From: Camelus ferus
Taxonomy: Eukaryota
Length of the DNA: 64,000 bases
Assembly: GCF_009834535.1 (NCBI RefSeq)
Contig: NC_045696.1
Location: forward strand, 15,006,001-15,070,000
Reading direction: 5' to 3'
Under the pieces are notes generated by a model. It had not been told where the DNA came from, ran no database searches, and saw only the letters and a program-made list of their open reading frames with translations. A program made the position numbers and the translations under genes. Of this stretch, positions 62,640 to 64,000 are shown one piece after another (within the stretch, counting starts at the first letter, position 1; each line of letters opens with the position of its first letter).

Positions 62640-63390
62640 TGTTCTTTGTATCAATCCCAAATATCGATTACCACTTCCTTCTTTGTAATTCCTATTGTTA
62701 ATACCAAAATCCAAGTTCTTTTAACCTTTTCCAGAAACTATCACCACTGGCCTCCTCATGTTCAGTATCCGGTTTCCTTCAAATTCATTCTAAACATGAT
62801 CGCTAAATTTCTCTTTCTAAAGCTAAAACTATGTCATTTAAAAAAAAAAAAGAAATCTATTCATCGCAACACTAGCACACTTGGTGGTCTCGTACCTGTT
62901 GATTAAAAATCTCCTTTGGTTTTGAACCCCAGATATTTTTTTAATGTTCTCCAAATTTCTAAAAATAATAATAAAAAAAACCCTCCCAATATCTAAGCCT
63001 TAGAATTCTACTCTTTAAAATCATCTGTCAGCAGGCTTTTATAGGTTATTTTATTTAATCCTCTGATAGTCTCTGCTTCTGGGATTTGGTCCTACATTTT
63101 TCCTTAGTTACACATATTTAGTCACTCAAGCTCTTAAGTCAGGATTAATCCAATTTCCTCAGAAGGATGCTTTTCTCTCCTGTAATGTCCCACGTCCATT
63201 CTCCCTGAATGCTACTGCAATCCTGATTGTCCCAGAGCACCTCTTTTTGATTCTCTAATAGCACTTCTCATTCTGGGCTTGGTTTCACGGCTGTGTGATT
63301 ATCTGTCTCTTGCTTCCAGTAGATGACAAATGACTCAGAGCTTACGTATGTGTCATCCCTACAGCCCCACAGAAGACGGACGTGTACTGT
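62640..63390 (+). mobile_element. LINE-2 fragments
   Basis: 'cactggcctcctc...tcaaattcattcta...tctttctaaagctaaaac', 'tagcacttctcatt...tatctgtctc...agtagatg'. Confidence 0.55.
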
Positions 63391-64000
63391 GCAAATGACA
63401 AAACTGAATAACCATTTTCATCCAAATACATTATTCCAGATTTTTAATATTCAGCTGAAATTGTATGCTTTCATCATTAGAAAGCATATTATAGCTCAAT
63501 CTACTGCTTACACTGATAATAAAATAATCTCTTTAAAATGTTTGCTGAGTGGCAGACACTGGGTATTAAGAGCATAATTATAATCATGACAAATTTCTTA
63601 CAGTTGAAGAGCTCCATCTATAATGAAGGTGACAAAGTGCTACCTGATAATGTCAAGACACATAAAAAGGTTAAATGCAAAGAAAGGGCAGAGGAAAACA
63701 AAGACGACCAAAGAGGGAGAGGGGAGAGGTGTAATGTTGCTTTAAGTATGATCATCTTGAAGGACGAAGTCCTCTGCACTACTATTACATATTAGCTGAG
63801 GATGAACCAAGAACTATTTTTTTAAATACCAAATGTCAAGTGTGTGCCTTCTTTCTTTCTAATACTAATTTCTCTGCTATGCTTATGTGCTTGCCTCTCC
63901 ATGTACACTTTTAAGATAAAATACTAACCTTTCTCCTTCCGATTAGATTTCCTTCTATTGAACATACAGGAAGCTAAGAATTTTCATCTTCCCCTTGTGA

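Overview
AT-rich, CpG-depleted mammalian non-coding DNA, intergenic or deep intronic. It is almost certainly camelid: it carries a Vic-1-type tRNA-derived SINE and camelid-style L1 3' tails. No protein-coding gene, tRNA, rRNA or CRISPR array can be supported. The only recognisable peptides in the ORF track are LINE-1 ORF2 remnants; the rest are chance or low-complexity ORFs. Much of the window is interspersed repeat: young and old L1, L2, L3, MIR, MaLR/ERVL LTRs, a MER41-related ERV1 solo LTR and hAT MITEs. Family names come from recalled consensus sequences and need RepeatMasker/Dfam confirmation; boundaries of old repeats are approximate. The main signals not explained by repeats are: (i) a coherent minus-strand exon-intron-terminal-exon-AATAAA unit at 1.5-1.9 kb, probably the 3' end of a spliced non-coding transcript; (ii) several isolated exon candidates with strong splice sites; (iii) a diverged local copy of a ~250 bp segment pasted into an L2 about 1 kb away; (iv) a twin-primed, 5'-inverted L1 with TSD and a tail-less internal L1 fragment; (v) several motif-dense unique islands that look like enhancers. 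I found no convincing novel biological system.
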